From assembly GCA_977017575.1 (NCBI GenBank), contig CDRNVI010000139.1, forward strand, positions 255,689-319,688: a stretch of 64,000 nt of DNA. Reading direction: 5' to 3'. The position numbers and the translations under genes were made by a program. Under the pieces are notes generated by a model, which saw nothing but the letters and a program-made list of their open reading frames with translations, made no database searches and was not told the origin of the DNA. The stretch comes from Paramoeba atlantica (Eukaryota > Protista > Discosea). Below, in pieces: positions 37,761 through 49,590 of the stretch. Position 1 is the stretch's first letter; each line of letters opens with the position of its first letter.

Positions 37761-38906
37761 ATGAGTGGACAACAAGGAAAGAGAAAGAGAGAAGTGGTGA
37801 GAACTGAAAGTGAGGAGGAGAAACGAATTTCAAAAAGAGGGAAGAAAGAACAACTTGATGATGGTCTAGAACAGAGAGAAAAAAGAAGTGAGGATGTCTC
37901 TTTCTCCAATGAATCAGGTTTTTTTTAGAAAAGAAAAGAGTTGAAAGAAAACAACTGATTCTGATCTTCCTCTTTTTTTTTTGATGATCAACTTTTTTCA
38001 ACTCTTCTTCAAACTGCAAATGATATTGTTTCTGAAGGAGGTGTTGTTGGATTACTCAAACCAAAGAAAGGAGTGATTTGTTGTGATGGTGGTGGTGATT
38101 CATCTCGTTTCGTTTCTTCTTTTCCTTTGAAGCAAGAAGTTTTAGGAGTGAGTGTGAACAGTGATGGGAATATTTTTGTTTGTGAAGGACCGCGTGGATT
38201 GAAAGTGAGAGATAAAGAAGGAAATGAGATTAAATCATTTCAGAAAACAATTGACTCTCTTCAGTTGGAACCTGTTGATGTTTCAATTGGATTGAATGAT
38301 CAAATTGTTGTTCTTGATCATTCTCAAGATTCTTTTCGAGTTGTAATGTTAAACAAAGAAGGAGAATCGATCAAATCTTTTGGATCAAAAGGTTCTGAAG
38401 ATGGTCAGTTTAATGGACCGTGTGGGGTGGATGTGGATGAAGAAGGTAGAATTATTGTTGCTGATACCGAAAATAATCGAATTGAAGTGTTTGATAATGA
38501 TGGATCTTTTCTTCATTCTTTTGGTTCAAAAGGTTCTTCTGAAGGTCAATTTGACCAACCAAACAGCGTCGGAGTTGATAGAGATGGGAATATTGTTATT
38601 TGTGATAGTTGGAATCATCGGATTCAAGTGATGGATATTGAAGGGAATTTTATTCGATGCTTTGGAACAAGAGGTTCAGGTGTTTCTCAATTAAAGTCTC
38701 CAAAAAGTGTTGATGTGGATGGGGAAGGTAGAATTGTTGTTTGTGATTCAGGAAATGGAAGAGTGAGTGTGTTTGAGAAAGATGGAACATTTCTTTTTTC
38801 ATTTGGTAAACGCCACTTGAAAGGACCTTTTGGGGTTGTTATTGATTCATTTGGATCGATTCTTGTTTCAGATTGGCGGAAAAAGTCAATTGAATTGTGG
38901 AAATAA
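37761..38906 (+). pseudogene. TRIM-NHL copy 11: RING, B-boxes and CC deleted; intact six-blade NHL frame (38073-38906)
   Basis: MSGQQG start at 37761 is joined directly to the exon-1 end (TCCAATGAATCAG|GT). The upstream part is frameshifted, but the 277-codon NHL frame is open. Confidence 0.7.
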
Positions 38907-39368
38907 TTTTTCAGAGAGGTTTGTTTTTTCATTTTCTTTTCTCTTTTCTGATTTTCTTTTGTTTTTTTTGTCATTTTTATCTTTATTTCTTATTTTGTTT
39001 TTTTTTTTCTGATTTTGGAAAATGAAAGAAGAATCTAATTTTTGCTCTCTCCATCCTCCCCTCCCCTCTCTCCCTTCTTTTTTATTTTAGTCTCTGTGGT
39101 CTCAATCATCTTCTTCAATTTCGATCTTCACACTTTCCTTCATTTCTCAGTTCTGGGACAATCTTCTCATTTTTGTTGTGTCTCTCATTTCACAGAACCA
39201 AGATATTAAAAAAAAATATTTTAGTTTTGTTGTCTTGCAAATATATATTTTGTTTTTTGTCTTTTGTCGATTTTTGTTGGGGTTTCCCTGGGAGACGAGT
39301 TCAAAAGAGATAGAATAAGAAATGAAAACAAGACCGAAAGAGCACCTCCCCTGGATTGGAAGAAACCA

Positions 39369-41138
39369 TTATTTCCACCATTCAATGACTTTTTTCTCCT
39401 TGTCAACAACAATAATGGACCCAAAAGAATCAACAACAATCCCACGAGGTCTTTTCATGTGATGTTTACCAAATGAAAAAAGAAATGTTCCATCTTTCTC
39501 AAACACACTCACTCTTTCATTTTTCCATTCAGAAACAACAATTCTACCTTTCCCATCCACAGCAACACTTCTTGGACACTCCAATTGAGAATCACCTGAA
39601 CCTCTTGTTCCAAAACATCGAATAAAATTCCCTTCAATATCCATCACTTGAATCCGATGATTCCAATAATCACAAATAACAATATTCCCATCCCCATCAA
39701 CTGTAACAGCATAAGGTTTGTTAAACCGACCTTCAGAAGAACCTTTCGAACCAAAAGAACGAAGAAAAGATCCATCATTATCAAACACTTGAATTCGATG
39801 ATTGAAAGTATCTGCAACAATAATTCGACCTTCTTCATCTACCCCAACTCCCCATGGTCCACTAAATTGACCATCTTTAGAACCTCTTGATCCAAAAGAT
39901 TTGATCAATTCTCCTTCTTTGTTCAATATTACAACTCTCCTCGATTTTGACCAATCAAGAACAACAATTTGATCATTCAATCCAATTGAAACATTAATAG
40001 GTTCCAATTGAAGTGAATCAATTGTTTTCTGAATTGTTTCAATTGTGTTCCCTTCTTTATCTCTCACTCTCAATCCATCATTTTCACAAAGAAAAAAAAA
40101 CCCATCTCTGTTCACACTCACTCCAAAAGGTTCATCCTTCAAAGGAAAAGAAGAAATAAAACGAATCGAATCACCACCACCATCACAACAAATCACTCCT
40201 TTCTTTGGTTTTGGGAATAATCCAACAACACCTCCTTCAGAAACAATATCATTTGCAGTTTGAAGAAGAATCGAATCGAAAAAAGTTGATCATCAAAAAA
40301 AAGAGAAGGATTAGTTGTTGTTGGGGTGTTGGATAAACGAATAATTGAATCTTTTCTGATTCTCAAATCTTCTTTCTCTAATTCTATTTCTTTCTTTTCA
40401 ATTCTTTTCTTTTCTAATTTCTCTTCTAATTCTTTCATTTCTTTTTCAATCCTTTTTCTTTTCTCTTCAATCTCAATCAATCTTCCGTCCAATCTATCTC
40501 CAATCTTTACAACTTTATCCCTTTTCTTCAATACACTCTCTTCAATCGATTTCACTTTCACTTTGTGTTTAACATGAGTTTCAAGAATACAACGAATACA
40601 AACAAAAAGAGAACATTGAAAACAATATCCACTGATTGTTTCAGATGGGTGTTTTGGACATTCTTTCATCAACTCATTCCATCTCTCATCACTCCCATCT
40701 CTCCCATCAGTCCTTGAAAAGTTGATCTTGGTTCGTTGTTCACGTTTGTGATTTCGAGTGAAAATAGAAGAAGTGTGAGACGGATCACAGGAATCACAGA
40801 TAAACATATTACAACTGGGGCAGAACATTTCAGTTCGTTCTCCACACGTTTCAAAATTCGCACATTCTGATTCATCTCCTGTTTTTTTATGTTTTTCAAT
40901 CAAAACTGAATTTGAGAAAAGAAGAAAAAAGGGGAAAATGAAAAAAAAAAAGGAACCTGGTTGGGATAAAGAGATCAAATTTGAAGAAAGAAGAACATCA
41001 ATCGTTTCCGGAATTAAGTAATTCATCACAAATATCTCAATGCTTTCACATTCGTTCACTTGACTGCAAACTGGACATTTCACTCCTTTCAAAGAGGATG
41101 AAGAAGATGAAGAGGAAGAGGGAGAGGGAGAAGGGGAA

Positions 41139-41169
<31 letters not shown>

Positions 41170-41596
41170 GATTTTGAAGAAGGAAGAGGTTGTTAAGACA
41201 AAGAGTACAAAAAGAAAGACCACAACAAGATAACAACCTTGGTTCTTTTTCCCAACTCATCAATTCCAAACATATTCCACATTCAAATCTTTTCTTTTTC
41301 TCTTCTTCTTCCTTTCTCCTCTTCACCACTACTTCTTCTCTTTCTCTTTCTCCTTCTCCTTCTCCTTCATTTCCTCCCACTTGTTGTTCTCTCTTTCCAA
41401 GAACATCCTCATTTCTTCTTTCTCTTTGTTCAATTTTATCATCCTCTTCTTCTTCAATCACATCAACATCAACAACATCACAATCTGTTGTTTGATCTCT
41501 TCGTTCTTTTTCATCATCACTTTTTCTTTCAATTTTTCTTTTCTTTCCCTCACTCTCACTTTCGACTCCTTCTCTCTTTCTCTTTCCCTCACTCAT
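39369..41596 (-). pseudogene. TRIM-NHL copy 12, 5-bp duplication frameshift just before the NHL domain
   Basis: ORF 41596-40193 reads through a 78-nt stop-free intron (40956-40879). A TCGAA duplication at 40271-40280 shifts the frame; NHL ORF 40196-39369 is intact. Confidence 0.8.
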
Positions 41597-41903
41597 TCAG
41601 ATATCAACAAAAAAAGATCTGAATAGAATTGTTGTTGGTAAGAAAAGAGAAGAAAAAACACATGAAAAGAAAAATACAAACATCAGAAACAAAGAATCAA
41701 GAGAAGGGAGATAATTTTGTGGGAGAAAAAGCTCGTCGAGTCGAGAATAAAGAAGCGGTCAAAAAAAAAGAAGAAAAAACCAAACTCTTGGAGAAGAGAA
41801 ATGTGAAAAAAGCAAGCAAAAAAAAAAAAAGAGCCATTGGCCATTTTTTAGGGTTCTTTTTTTAGCTTTTTTCTATTTCTTTTTCTGGAAATTTTTTTTG
41901 CAA

Positions 41904-42742
41904 ATGGACGAAAATCGTGTGTTGTTGGACCAGTTGATGGGGATCGACAGAACTGGAGACCTTCTTGAAACGAATGAGGTTCTCAGGATCGATGATCCCG
42001 ATGTTTGTAAAAACTATTTGTGTGGATTCTGTCTTCCTGAACTTTTTGCCAATACAAAGAGCGCGCTCGGTTTGCCTTTTGTTGTTTCTCCTTCTTTCTG
42101 TTTCTGTTTCTGAGGGGCACTGACTCCCCTTTTTTTTTGTCTTAGAGCCTTGTTTGAAAAAACATGATCATTTTCTTCAACAAGAATATCAACAGATGCT
42201 TGCAATTGGAAAAACCACCGAATACGGTTATGAGTTTGATTTTCTTCAAGAACTCGAGGCTCTCGTTAAAGTTCGAGATCGAAAGTTTTTTTCTTCTTTG
42301 TTTTTTCCCTTTTTCTTCTTTTGTTTTTGAAAGGAAAAAACTGACTTTGATTCTTCAAAGGGTCAAGCAAATCAAAGAAAGAATCGGAGAAGACAAGGTA
42401 GGGTTTTTTTTTTCTCGTTCTTGAGCCGCTTCTACATTTTTTCAAAAAATTGAGAGCTTTTTCACAGAATCAACCTGATGTTCTCACTCTGAAAGTTTGT
42501 GAGGAATGTGGAGGGATATTGGCTTCAAACGGCTCAGAAGATCGAATTCAAAGTCATCTACAAGGAAAACATCATCTTGGTTTTGTTCGAATTTGCGAAA
42601 CAATTAAAGAACTGAAGGTTTTCTTTTCATTTTTGTCTTGTTTTTCTTTGTTTTTTTTTTGGTGGTGGTTGTTTAATTTTTATGGTAGATGGTGAATCTC
42701 AAACCTGCAAAGAGAGAGGCTGGTGGTTCTGATGAGTCTTGA
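41904..42742 (+). CDS. LUC7: LUC7-family U1 snRNP protein (two zinc fingers), about 5 exons, compact
   Basis: LLDQLMG...DDPDVCKNYLCGFC..ELFANTKS.LEPCLKKHD (ZnF1) and KVCEECGGIL...DRIQSHLQGKHHLG (ZnF2). GT-AG introns, some with CTGAC branch-like motifs. Confidence 0.85.
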
Positions 42743-42879
42743 CTCGAAGAAAAGCAGGAAAAGAGAAGCAATTTATTTTTTTGCAGGTTTGATATTCACT
42801 TTCCTGGACCTTGGTTTCCCTTTTGCCTGAGAGATGAAAAGGGTGAGAAAAAGAAAAGAACCAACAAAAAAAGAAGAGG

Positions 42880-43583
42880 TCAAACCTCCACCCAGATGGT
42901 TAAGTTATCTCTCATGAGTTGCAATGACACACATGCTTCTTTATATGAGTCTTCATCAAGCATGTCCAACTCTCCAATCGCACTATCAAACCCCTCCTTG
43001 GTCATTTTGATTGCTTTGTCTTCCTCTTCTTCATCCCAAAGAAACATTGAATAATAAAGAACACAACGCAACCGAGTGCTCTGAGTGCTGTGCAAATCAC
43101 TCAAACAAATCTTCAGCGATTGTTCATAATATTTCCGAGCCTCTTCAGGTTCATATGTTGTGTGATTTACACGCCCCTGATTGTGATTGGAATGAATCAC
43201 AAAAAAAGAAAAAGAGAAAGAGGAAAAAATTACCAGCATCCAATAAATGGAGGCCAAGAATTCTGGGTGAGAGGTTGATTGGTGGTTGACCCAAGAGTTG
43301 AAAACAGATTTGGTCAACTCAACAATCTTTTGGTTCTCATCAAAGATTGGATCCCCTTCTTTTTCGAATGTTCCTGTGGTAAGAATCACCTGTTTTTCGT
43401 TATTATCCTGCACGAGAGAAACCAGAAAGAAAGAGAAAAGAACAAAACCAACTGTTCCAGTGTATCAATAGAATCCCAGTCTGAGTTCGCTTGAATTCTC
43501 GGAAGAGCTTCAAGCAAAAGAACACTCTTCTTTTCCTTCACTCCTTCTTTCACTTTTGCCCAAGAATCATCCTCATTGGCCAT
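42880..43583 (-). CDS. Divergent 14-3-3-like protein (C-terminal helices recognisable, atypical N-terminus)
   Basis: ...AIKMTKEGFDSAIGELDMLDEDSYKEACVSLQLMRDNLTIW resembles the 14-3-3 motif [37 protein letters not shown]. Intron-containing. Confidence 0.7.
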
Positions 43584-43927
43584 TCCTTCCCTTTGTTGAT
43601 AAGAGAATCAAGAAGAATCCCGAGAAGAAAATCCAAAAGAGAAAGGCGTGTCCAAAGGTGGTGAAACGTGATCATGAGAAAAAACAGATTCAGAGAAAAG
43701 AAAAGTTGTTCTCACAATTGCAAAACTCACCCACCTCTCTTGTTTTCCTCCTCTTTCCGCAAGTTGCGACCAACAAAAAATGAAATCCAGGAAAATCCAA
43801 CCCAAGTTCCTGGAACTTTTGCTTTTTTTTTTTTCTTTCCACCTTTTTCTTTTTTTCGTCTTTTTCGTCTTTTTCGTCTTTTTCTCTTTCTCTCTTTTGT
43901 TTTTTTTGTTTGTGTGAGTCTTGAAAA

Positions 43928-46355
43928 ATGGGGAAAAAATCTTTGAAGGGAGAATTGGAAATTGCTCAGGAGGAGGGAGCTTTTGATCCTGCAGAAAGGT
44001 CTTCTTTTTTCTCTCTCTTTTTCCTCTTCTTCTCTCCTTTTTCTCAACTCCCCTCCCCTTTTTCCTTCTCTCTCCCCCTTCTCTCTCTTCTTTTCTCTCT
44101 CTCTTTCAAGAGACAAAGTTCTCAAAAGAGTGGCACTTCGTTTCTTTGGCGCGTTATTGATTATGATGATTGTATTTGTGATTGTGTTGGCGTTGTACTT
44201 TGGGGCCATGTGGGATCCTTCGACAAGAAAACTTGATATTTTGATTGTCAACAAAGATCAAGGGCTCTCTTTTGGAGGACGTTTTGAATTTTTTTATTTT
44301 TTTTTTCTCTTTTTTTTCTCTTTTTTTTCTCATTTTGTTTATCGCTTTTTCTCTCTTTGTTTTTCGATTTTATAAAAAGTTTCAAAAGCATCAAAACTGA
44401 GAGTTTTTGTTGAATAGAAAATCTCTCTCTTGGTGATATGGTCACCGATTTTCTTTTGAGTAAAAAGGTTTTTTTTCTCTTTCTTTCTTTCTTTCTTTCG
44501 GTTTCGAGAAATAAGAGAAAGAGAGACTTTTCTCCCCTTTGGAGATTCTTTCTTTTCTTCTCTCCCCCTCATCTCAAATGATTAGGTTCTCGATTTTAAA
44601 GAAGATTCTGATCCTCTCTCTCGAGGGCCAGATTTTGGGAGACATCGTGTTGTCGAATACAAAGATTGGGGCGTTTTGACCATTCCAGGTTATTTTCCTT
44701 TTTTTTTTTGCTTTTTTTTTTGAATCAAATTGTTTCAAATAATAATAATTAAATCATGGTTTTTCATTCAATTGTCTTTAAAATGTCTTTGTTGTTCCAA
44801 GGAAAAAGAAATTGATGGCTCTTTTTCAAATAGAGAATTACACCGTTAGTTATGTTCAAGCTTTGTTTCAAGATCTTGGGGAATACGAGAATCCAATTCG
44901 TTTTGATTATAATCAAGGAAGACAAAAAACAACTGCTGGTTTGTGGAATAATAATTTTGCAGGAGAAAAGAGGGGGAAAAAAGAAAAGAAAAAAGAAAAA
45001 GAAATTTCTTTCCAAAAAATTATCAAAATCGATGAATAGATTATGATTCCTAATCATTCTCTTTGAAAAATAGATGCTGCAAAAAATATTGTTTCTGCAT
45101 TGATTGCTGGGATTAGTAAAGAATTAGCTATTAGAACCGTTTCTGGGGAAGTGCTTCCTTATAATTGTAGTGATGTCACTGCTGCAGCTGTTGTTGATCC
45201 TGTAATCCATTTCATTTTGATTTAATTTATTTCATCTTTTTTTCTTTTCTTAAAAAATCATTTTCTTTTCGCTTCTTTCTCTCTTTTCGAATAGATTTAT
45301 CTCTTGATTGTTGTTTCATTTCCTGTCATTGCAAACGGATACAATTTTATCACTTATATGGGTGTCAATATTCTTTGGACTGTCGCTGCTTCATTGTTAA
45401 ATATTTCAATGACTGTCACACATCCTCTTTTTAAACAAGTCCTTCTTTTTTCCCTCTTTTATTACTCTCATCTTGAAGAATGCTTTGACCTCTAACTCTT
45501 CTGAATTTAGTTTTCTTTGACCGCAGTCCATGTCATTAGAACTGTCTGTATTTTAATTTGTTGCTTCTTTCAATCGTTATTCTTTATGAGCATTGTAGCA
45601 GGTTCTCTTCTCTCTCTTCTCTCTTCTCTCTTCTTCTCTTGATTTTTAACTTCATATCCTTTTATTCTCAGCTTACGCTGATGTGGATCAATTTGCACAT
45701 TCATTTGGGGCGATTTGGATGTATTTATTTTTTGTTTTAATCACCTTTCAAACTCTTCTCAATTTTTTGATTCGAATGTTGGGTGTTGCTGGACTGTTGT
45801 TATTGAGGTATTTTTCTTATTTTGCACTTTATTAATGTGGTTCCTAGCAAAAGAATTTGGTCAAACATCTCAAATTCTATTTATTTAGTCCTATCCTTGT
45901 TCTGCAAATCACAACATCAAATGCCATCATTCACACCGACATGATGCCTGGTTTTTACGGAACCCTTGGAGTTGGTCTTCCATTTTACCATGCAATTGAG
46001 GTATTGTTATTATTCAAATCAAATCAACTTGATCTTTTTTTTTATTTGGATTTGGTAGGGTCTCAGATTTATGGTCATTGGACAAACTGATTCACGAATT
46101 GGCACAAATATCGGTCTCTCTTTTTCATATTGTCAGTTTTTAAAAACTGCGAGTGTGTTTCTCAAATTTTTTCTTTCAGGAGTTCTCCTTGCTTATTTTG
46201 TTGGCTTTTATCTTCTCAATGCTCTGCTGTGGCACATCAAAGTCAAAAAATTTATCAAACAATACCAATCCGATACAGTTGTCGATGCGGGTACTTCCGC
46301 AGCTTTGGCGTTTCCTTCTGATCATGGAAAAGGATTTGCTGGTGCTTCATTTTAG
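43928..46355 (+). CDS. Multi-exon polytopic membrane protein, DUF3533/SNG1-like
   Basis: TM helix followed by LYFGAMWDP...LDILIVNKDQG, several further hydrophobic exons, and PGFYGTLGVGLPFYHAIE near the C-terminus. Exon boundaries not fully resolved. Confidence 0.6.
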
Positions 46356-46599
46356 AAAAAAAATTTTGATCGAGAGCCATGGAAAGAATGGATCTCTTTT
46401 CCCCAAGTCGAAGGACAACACCAAAAGATTTTTTTTCCTTTTTTTGACTTTAAATGTGGTTTGAGAGGAGAGTTTTGGCTTTTGTTTTGTGTTATTTTGA
46501 AAGGTCGAGCTTGTGAATCACAACAATGAGGGTTTTTGGGTGGTGATGGAAGAAGAGAAATGACGCAAAAAACAAAATGGAATAAAATTTCATTTCTTC

Positions 46600-48746
46600 C
46601 TACAAATGAGGAACATTTTCGACTTCCCTTGCAGGAAGCATTTGGTTCTGTATTTTCTCTGCCTCTTCTTCTGTACATTGAAAAGCCGCTATCAAATTCT
46701 TTTTCTTTTCTTCATCATTTTTTTCACCAGTCTGGATGAGAAATTCTTGAGGAGGTCCAGGATATCCAAGAGATTGCCAGGCTTTAGTTGCAAATAAGTC
46801 TTTTCCTTTCATCATAGACGTTAGCATAGATCCAATCACACCAACTAAAAAGGAGAAAAGGGTCGAATTTTTGAGAAAAACGAGGAAATCATATTTCATC
46901 ATGGAAAAAAAGAAAAAAAGAAAATCAAACAATATGGAATTTGTCCTGCTCCCGCCTCTGGACCAATCGGGACAAGCATCGCACTTTCGACTTTCGAATA
47001 CCTAAACCAAGAGACAATGTCAAAACAATCCAAAAAAACAAAATCAAAAATGCAAACGATTTCATTGGAGTCTTCGATATGGAGGCAAGGATATTTCTTG
47101 CAACGACGTTTCTGTCCCAAATATAAATTTTGACAAAAAATAAACATGAAAATTTATTTGAAAGTAAAAGCAAAAGAGAATAGGAAAACAATTTCAAGGT
47201 GAGAAGAAAAGAAAAGAAGTCAAATACCCTTGTAAACGAGCAGCAAAGCTAACTTTCTTATCCGCATCACAACAATCTCCAATTGCGAAAATATGTTTCC
47301 AGATCAATCTTGGAGTTTCAACTTGCATATACTCATTAACATGAATTTCTCCCTAAAAAGAGAAAGAGAGAGTTAGAAGAAAGAGAAAAGTTGAAAACAA
47401 TTTCCAAAAATAATAAAGAAAATAAAAACATGATCATTTACAGCTTTTTTTAGAGCCTCTTGATATGAACTACAATTAATATGAGATCCATTACAAAAGA
47501 AGACAAGATCAGTTGGGATTTTAACTCCTGAAACTGTCATCGCAGAAATAGGACCCAATAAATATCGAGAGTTTGCCACTAAAAAAAAGAATAAGAATTT
47601 TTTCATTCAGAAACAAAAAAGGAGACTCTTTCTTGATATTGCAAGACTCAAAAACTACTCGAGAAAAATCTTTTCAAAAAAGAATGAAGAAATACTCAAC
47701 CATTCGCTTCTTCCAATGATTCTCCCAAAGAACTCAAATCAACTCTCTCATTCAACAACACTTCCACCCCTGTTTTTTTCAAAAGCTCCAACAATTTCTG
47801 ACTCAATTTCAAATCAAGATCATCTCTTGAAGAAAGAAGACGATTTCCTGAGTGAACAAGAAAGATTTTTTTGTCTTGGTAAGAGAGAGAGATTTCTCCT
47901 GCAAGTTCAATGCCAACTGGCCCTCCCCCAATGACCAGGATGGTTTTGGATTTGACGATGTTTGCTAAGAGAGAGAGGAAAATGAGGGATAACCTCTTTC
48001 ATTTCATTGTCTATAGAGGTATATTTTTCTTTTATCCTTCTCATTCACCACTTCCCCTCTCCTTTCACCATCAGAAAAAAAAATTCCCCAAACCTCTCAA
48101 ATCTTTGTACATCTCAGAAACCCTCATCGCAGAATCAAAAGGGATTTTGGCAGGAAAAGCATATGAAGTTCCTGTTGCCAATACCAAAAAATCAAATTTA
48201 ATTTTTTCTTCATGTCCAAAGATTTCCACATACGATGAAGTGATGTTTGTCACATCTCCCTATTTTGCGAAGTTGTTGAAAGAAAAGAGAGCGAGAGAGA
48301 GAGAATCAGAACTGACAGAGATCATTTTTTTGTTTCTTTTGCCATCTCCTTTGCTCTCTTTTTTCTTAAATCATCCTCAAAGTGATTTTAAAAGTTACCT
48401 TGATCACAGAACCAGTTTTGAGAAGTTTGTCATATGGGATACAAATCGCTTTTTCGAAATCTGTTGTTGAACCGCTGGAAGCAAAGGAGTGAATCGGAGA
48501 AAGAAGAGGGGAAAAGTGAGAGAAAAAAATGAAACCGAAGTGCGCCAACGTTGTGAAAGAAATAGTCTTTTCTGTCAATCAAAACACAGTTTGCTTTTCC
48601 TTCAAGAGCCTAGTCTCGAAGAATTAAGCTTTTTTCTTGCAGAGAACGATTTTGGAGAAAAAAGAGAAAGAAAAAGAAAGAACCTTCGCACATTCAATCC
48701 CACCGTATCCCCCACCAACAATCACAACAACAGGTTTCCCAGCCAT
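46600..48746 (-). CDS. AIFM2/AMID/FSP1-like FAD-dependent NAD(P)H oxidoreductase, multi-exon
   Basis: Manual exon translation: MAGKPVVVIVGGGYGG; LIDRKDYFFHNVGALR; FDFLVLATGTSYAFPAK; ILVIGGGPVGIELAGEI; VNEYMQVE...IFAIGDC. Confidence 0.85.
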
Positions 48747-49590
48747 ATCAATGGATCGAGATTGTCCTCCCCCCATTCTCCCCACATCAGTTTAAACGGT
48801 CCTCTTTTCTCTTTCTTTTTCTCTTCTTTTTCCAAGAACCGAAACAAAACAAAATTAACCAGAACAAATTTTTTTCATCCCGTGTTCAATTCCCTTTCGG
48901 GATTCTTTTTTTTTCCTTTTTTTTCTTTTTTTTTTCGTTTTTTTTGTTTTTCCTCCCGCTCTTCTCTTCTCTTTTCTCTTCTCTCTTTCTTTTCTCTTTT
49001 GTCTCCGATTTTTTTTTTGGGATCACATTCTTTGGAAAAAACCTCAAGACAGCTTTTTTTGTTTCTTTTTCTTCTCCATTTTCCTTCCTCTTTTCTCTCT
49101 TCTCTCTCTTCTCTCTCTTTCTTTGTGCCTCTTTTTGGTCTTTTTGGGGTTGTTTTTGTCTTTCTTCTTCTTCTTCTTCTTTTGAGGTTTTTGGTTTTTG
49201 GGATCTCGTTCTCTCATCTTTTCGTTTGAATTGTCTTTCTTCTCCTTCTTCTTTGGTGGTTCCTCACTTTTTGAGAACTGTTTGTCTTTTTTCTTCTTTT
49301 TTTCTTTTTTTTTCTCGTATCTCAATTTATTGAAAAAACAATTCTCAGAAACCTCTTTCTCTCTCTCTCTCTTTGTGGGGACATCTCTATTTTCTTGATT
49401 GTTCCTCATTTCATTTTGTTTTGGGTCTCAGCAGTCTCTTTGTGTGTGTGTGTGTATGTGTTGGGTGGGCATAGTTTTGGTTTCGTTTTCTTTTTCTTTT
49501 TCATTTCATTCTAATTTTGTGTGTGTGATTTTTAATTGTTTTTCCCTCCCTCACATTTCTTTTCTTTTCAATCCCACAGAGAGAGACAAA

